In this document: piece by piece, positions 33,774 to 36,641 of the stretch | Position numbering within the stretch: position 1 is the stretch's first letter | How the letters are laid out: every line of letters begins with the position of its first letter | Source: Candidatus Woesearchaeota archaeon | GTDB lineage: Archaea; Nanobdellota; Nanobdellia; Woesearchaeales; UBA10216 | DNA: 36,641 nt | Direction: 5' to 3' | NCBI GenBank assembly: GCA_016180085.1 | Contig: JACPBX010000010.1 | Location: 1-36,641, forward strand | The notes under the pieces: generated by a model | What the model saw: only the letters and a program-made list of their open reading frames with translations | Told to the model about the DNA's origin: nothing | Database searches by the model: none | Made by a program: the position numbers and the translations under genes

Positions 33774-34424
33774 CTACTTTTTCTCCTTTCTTTTTCCCGC
33801 TGCTTTCTCCTTTCCTTCCTTCTTTGCAGCGGGCTTCTCCTTTTCCCCTTTTCCCTCTCCCTTCTCTTCCTTTGCGCCTTCCTTTTCCTTTGCGGCGTCG
33901 TCCTCAAGCCATTCAAGCTTGCCGAGCCCGGGCTGGCGCATTGTCAGCCCAATCTTCGGGTTTGCTATGTCCTTGAAGCTCACGGCAATTATCCTTGCCT
34001 TGCACTTGTCAGCAATCTTCAGTGAGCGCTTGCTCTCCTTGCCCATAAGCGCCTTGTCAGCGCTGAAGCTTACAAAGTCGTCCATGGTCTGGCTGATGTG
34101 AATCATGCCGTCAACCACGCCGATGTTGATGAATGCCCCGAAGTCTGCTATATCCTTTATGCGGCCATAAACCACTTCCTGCAGCTCAGGCCTGAACGCG
34201 ACCAGCTCAAAATCGCAGTCGTAATAAGCAGAGCCATCTCCTGGAATGATAACGCCCTCCCTCGCTTCCTTGAGCGAGGAAACGCCAACAACAATCCCCA
34301 AATCCTTGGAGATGAAACCCTCATACGCCTTCTTGACCATTGTGAGAATTGCCTCATCTTTCGGCATGCCGAAAAGGTTAGGCGGAACCCTTACATGATC
34401 CCTCACATGGACGCGGTAAAACAT
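33774..34424 (-). CDS. rpoE: RNA polymerase subunit E' (Rpo7)
   Basis: VRDHVRVPP, EGVIIPGDGSAYY, FGAFINIGVVDGMIHISQ, KIGLTMRQPGLGKLEW. Confidence 0.97.
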   Translation of the reverse strand: MFYRVHVRDHVRVPPNLFGMPKDEAILTMVKKAYEGFISKDLGIVVGVSSLKEAREGVIIPGDGSAYYDCDFELVAFRPELQEVVYGRIKDIADFGAFINIGVVDGMIHISQTMDDFVSFSADKALMGKESKRSLKIADKCKARIIAVSFKDIANPKIGLTMRQPGLGKLEWLEDDAAKEKEGAKEEKGEGKGEKEKPAAKKEGKEKAAGKRKEKK

Positions 34425-34442
34425 GTTTCAAATGCCTCACAA

Positions 34443-34862
34443 TTACTGGTAAAACTTCAGATAACGCTTTTGGCGCAGCACGATAACAGCTGCCCCTTTT
34501 GAAGCCAGCTTATCCCGGAGCTCCCTGTCCTGGGTAGCAACAACAGCATTGCCGCCACTGGCAGAAGCGAGCTCAAGGATGGCTTTATCGGCGCTTTTAA
34601 AAACTTTTCGCTGTTGCCCGAGAACACCGATGCCCTTCGCCTTTATAAGCTGGATGCCCAGTTTCGCTGCGCTTCTGTCCCTAGCAGCTGCTTTTTTGTC
34701 AGCCATAATACCACTCAGTTCTTCTATCGTTTCATTCAGAACAACAGGCTCATAGCTGAAGTCGCACAGCCGCTGCAGTTCAGCAAAAATGTCAACCCCG
34801 AACTGCCCGGGTATGAGGAGGAAGTTGGTGTCCAATATTATTTTCTTAACTCCTTTCAGCAT
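34443..34862 (-). CDS. Fcf1-like PIN-domain rRNA-processing nuclease
   Basis: IILDTNFLLIP, ADKAIL, VATQDRELR; conserved position upstream of rpoE. Confidence 0.9.
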   Translation of the reverse strand: MLKGVKKIILDTNFLLIPGQFGVDIFAELQRLCDFSYEPVVLNETIEELSGIMADKKAAARDRSAAKLGIQLIKAKGIGVLGQQRKVFKSADKAILELASASGGNAVVATQDRELRDKLASKGAAVIVLRQKRYLKFYQ

Positions 34863-34992
34863 AAGCGCCAAAGTTGAGGCTGCATATTTAAGCGTTGCTG
34901 AGGGTTGTGGAAAAATACCGAAACATTTAAAATCAGCAGCTGATTGGCAACAAACCCAAGTGTGTCTTTGCACTACTTTGGGGTTTTACTGA

Positions 34993-35451
34993 ATGACGTC
35001 TAACGGAAAAACTATTGTTTCTTCGCACAATGGAAGTTCTTTTGGCGGATTGGAACAGGCTGTCAGGAGCCCTTTCAGTGTCCGGGCATCAATTAAAGAA
35101 AATGGAACTGTTCTTGCAGAACTGACTGAAGGCGGAACGAATGTATTCCTGTCAAACGGCAAGTCGAGGATGGCTGCCAGCGGCTCCTATCAGCGAGGCC
35201 GCGCACGGGTCAGAGTAAACGGGCATGTGGTTCATGCACCACCCAGTACCGTGAGCGTTACTGTTTCCCCAAATATTCCCCTTTACGGAACGGGAGGGAT
35301 TTCTCAAGCTGAAACTGTGATTGGAAATCTGGCAACGGAATTGCAAAAAGCTTATCTGGGCGCAAACAGGCAACCGCTGCCAGAAAACGTTCCCATTAAG
35401 GCAATGGTGAGCGCAGCTTTGCAAATGGCAATAGCAGCCTATCGCCTTTAA
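34993..35451 (+). CDS. Hypothetical protein
   Basis: 152-aa ORF. Confidence 0.55.
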   Translation: MTSNGKTIVSSHNGSSFGGLEQAVRSPFSVRASIKENGTVLAELTEGGTNVFLSNGKSRMAASGSYQRGRARVRVNGHVVHAPPSTVSVTVSPNIPLYGTGGISQAETVIGNLATELQKAYLGANRQPLPENVPIKAMVSAALQMAIAAYRL

Positions 35452-35456
35452 CCCCT

Positions 35457-36239
35457 TTACGCTTCCAAAAACTTGACCAGCTTCTGGTCCTTGGATATTT
35501 CTTCCTCAATGGCCGTTTTCACTTCCTTCTGCTGCAGCAAAACGTTGAGGAACCTTGTGGCTGTGCGCTTAGTGAGGATGCTTTCAAGAGCGGCAGCAAG
35601 CCTTTCCGGCTGCTTCAAACTGGAGTTCTTCAAAATGCTGACAATCAGCTGCTCGTTTTCCTTTTTCCCGAAAAGCTTCAGGGCAACATCCTGCTGGAGC
35701 AGCTGCTTCAGAAGCTGTTCCTTGTTATGGTAGCTGAGTGGCTTGTGCGTGTCTTCCTTGCCCATCAGTGCAGCAATCGCTGAGGGGTTAGCCATGAGGA
35801 CAAACTTGACAAGCTGCAGCGCCCTTATTATTGGGCTTCGGTAGTTCTGCCTGTCAAGCTGGCTGACAACCTCCCTGATTACTTCCTGAAATCGGATTAC
35901 AGTTATTCCCGGCAATGAAACAGGTGCGGTTGTGACAAGAACCTTCTCATATTCCGAGTCCTTGCCAAGGTAGCTTCGTATCGTCCTTTCGACAGCCGCA
36001 ACAACGTTGGAGTCGTTGAACTTCCGCAGCAGGTCAGCCTTCTCCTTCTCGCTGACAACAGGCGTTGATGAGGAAACTGAGCAGTGCAGCTCAACGTGCT
36101 GAACAGTTGGCATGTTCGGCTGGCCTTTCTGCCTTATGGCTATTATGTCAACAACCCTGTTATTGGCGTTAATGTCAGAAACAGTAAAGAAGCCCTGCCT
36201 GTTCAGCCACAAATTAACGATATCCTTCTCAGGACTCAT
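35457..36239 (-). CDS. Hypothetical protein with PD-(D/E)XK-like N-terminus
   Basis: E.DIV..WL...GF......VDIIAIR...VEL; RBS GGTGG before ATG 36239. Confidence 0.6.
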   Translation of the reverse strand: MSPEKDIVNLWLNRQGFFTVSDINANNRVVDIIAIRQKGQPNMPTVQHVELHCSVSSSTPVVSEKEKADLLRKFNDSNVVAAVERTIRSYLGKDSEYEKVLVTTAPVSLPGITVIRFQEVIREVVSQLDRQNYRSPIIRALQLVKFVLMANPSAIAALMGKEDTHKPLSYHNKEQLLKQLLQQDVALKLFGKKENEQLIVSILKNSSLKQPERLAAALESILTKRTATRFLNVLLQQKEVKTAIEEEISKDQKLVKFLEA

Positions 36240-36284
36240 AAAGCACCACCAACAACCGATTAAGAAGCGGGAAGCAAACTTCAC

Positions 36285-36641
36285 TTATAAATGTTTTGCG
36301 CCGACGGGAATCTTTGGAAGCTTAAGCTGGAATAAAGGCTGCCCGGGTTTGCTCTGCACTTCCTCAGCCGCTGCCGCAGCAACAGCTGGCAGTTGCTGTA
36401 TTACTGTGGCAGCTGCCGCTGCCCTGCTGAAAGCATCCAGCACATCCGGCTGGATGGGATTTATCTCCCCGATTTTGAGGAACCTGCCAGGGCTGTCCTG
36501 TTGCATCATCAGCACAACCCTGCTCTCTTCCTGCTCGTCAACCAGCTTATAGCCGCATTTCTTCCCGACAGCAGCGGCGAATTCCTTAATCTCGCTGTGC
36601 GATGCCATATTGTCCCTTTCCAATTTTTCCCTTGAAGTCCC
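36285..36641 (-). CDS. tyw1: C-terminal part of wyosine biosynthesis radical-SAM enzyme Tyw1/Taw1 (5' end outside window)
   Basis: GTSREKLERDNMASHSEIKEF...GY.L.DEQEESRVVLM. Confidence 0.75.
   Translation of the reverse strand, partial: GTSREKLERDNMASHSEIKEFAAAVGKKCGYKLVDEQEESRVVLMMQQDSPGRFLKIGEINPIQPDVLDAFSRAAAAATVIQQLPAVAAAAAEEVQSKPGQPLFQLKLPKIPVGAKHL

Noticed and set aside
1-36641. CRISPR array, transposase or integrase
   Set aside because: No regularly spaced repeat-spacer series and no recombinase or transposase motifs were seen.

Overview
Archaeal chromosome segment, most consistent with a DPANN (Woesearchaeota-like) genome. This is an inference from archaeal ribosomal/transcription genes, BRE-TATA promoters, GAGGTGA ribosome-binding sites and BHB tRNA introns. 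Layout, left to right. (1) 1-3.7 kb: a PadR-TRASH regulator, an AT-rich lysE gene bracketed by integron attC-like sites (no integrase in the window), a Bro-N gene and an AbrB/PIN toxin-antitoxin pair. (2) About 4.4-19.1 kb: a large Cys/His/Met-rich envelope metal/thiol-redox cluster. It has two CcdA-like proteins, thioredoxin-fold proteins, rhodanese, OsmC, a PCYCGC protein, a BlaI/BlaR-like pair, three paralogous His-rich domains, two proteins ending in DLPxMVGGC, and two Cys micro-peptides (21 and 26 aa) below the ORF-track cutoff. A tRNA with a serine-type body, an Arg anticodon (CCT) and a T-loop intron lies inside this cluster. (3) 19-36.6 kb: mostly core genes (eif2g with an apparent ATA start, rps6e, hisG-hisI-hisS, map, rps27ae, rps24e, spt4, rpoE, partial tyw1), two different tRNA-His genes and two more toxin-antitoxin modules. 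All calls come from reading the sequence by eye; no database search or folding program was run.
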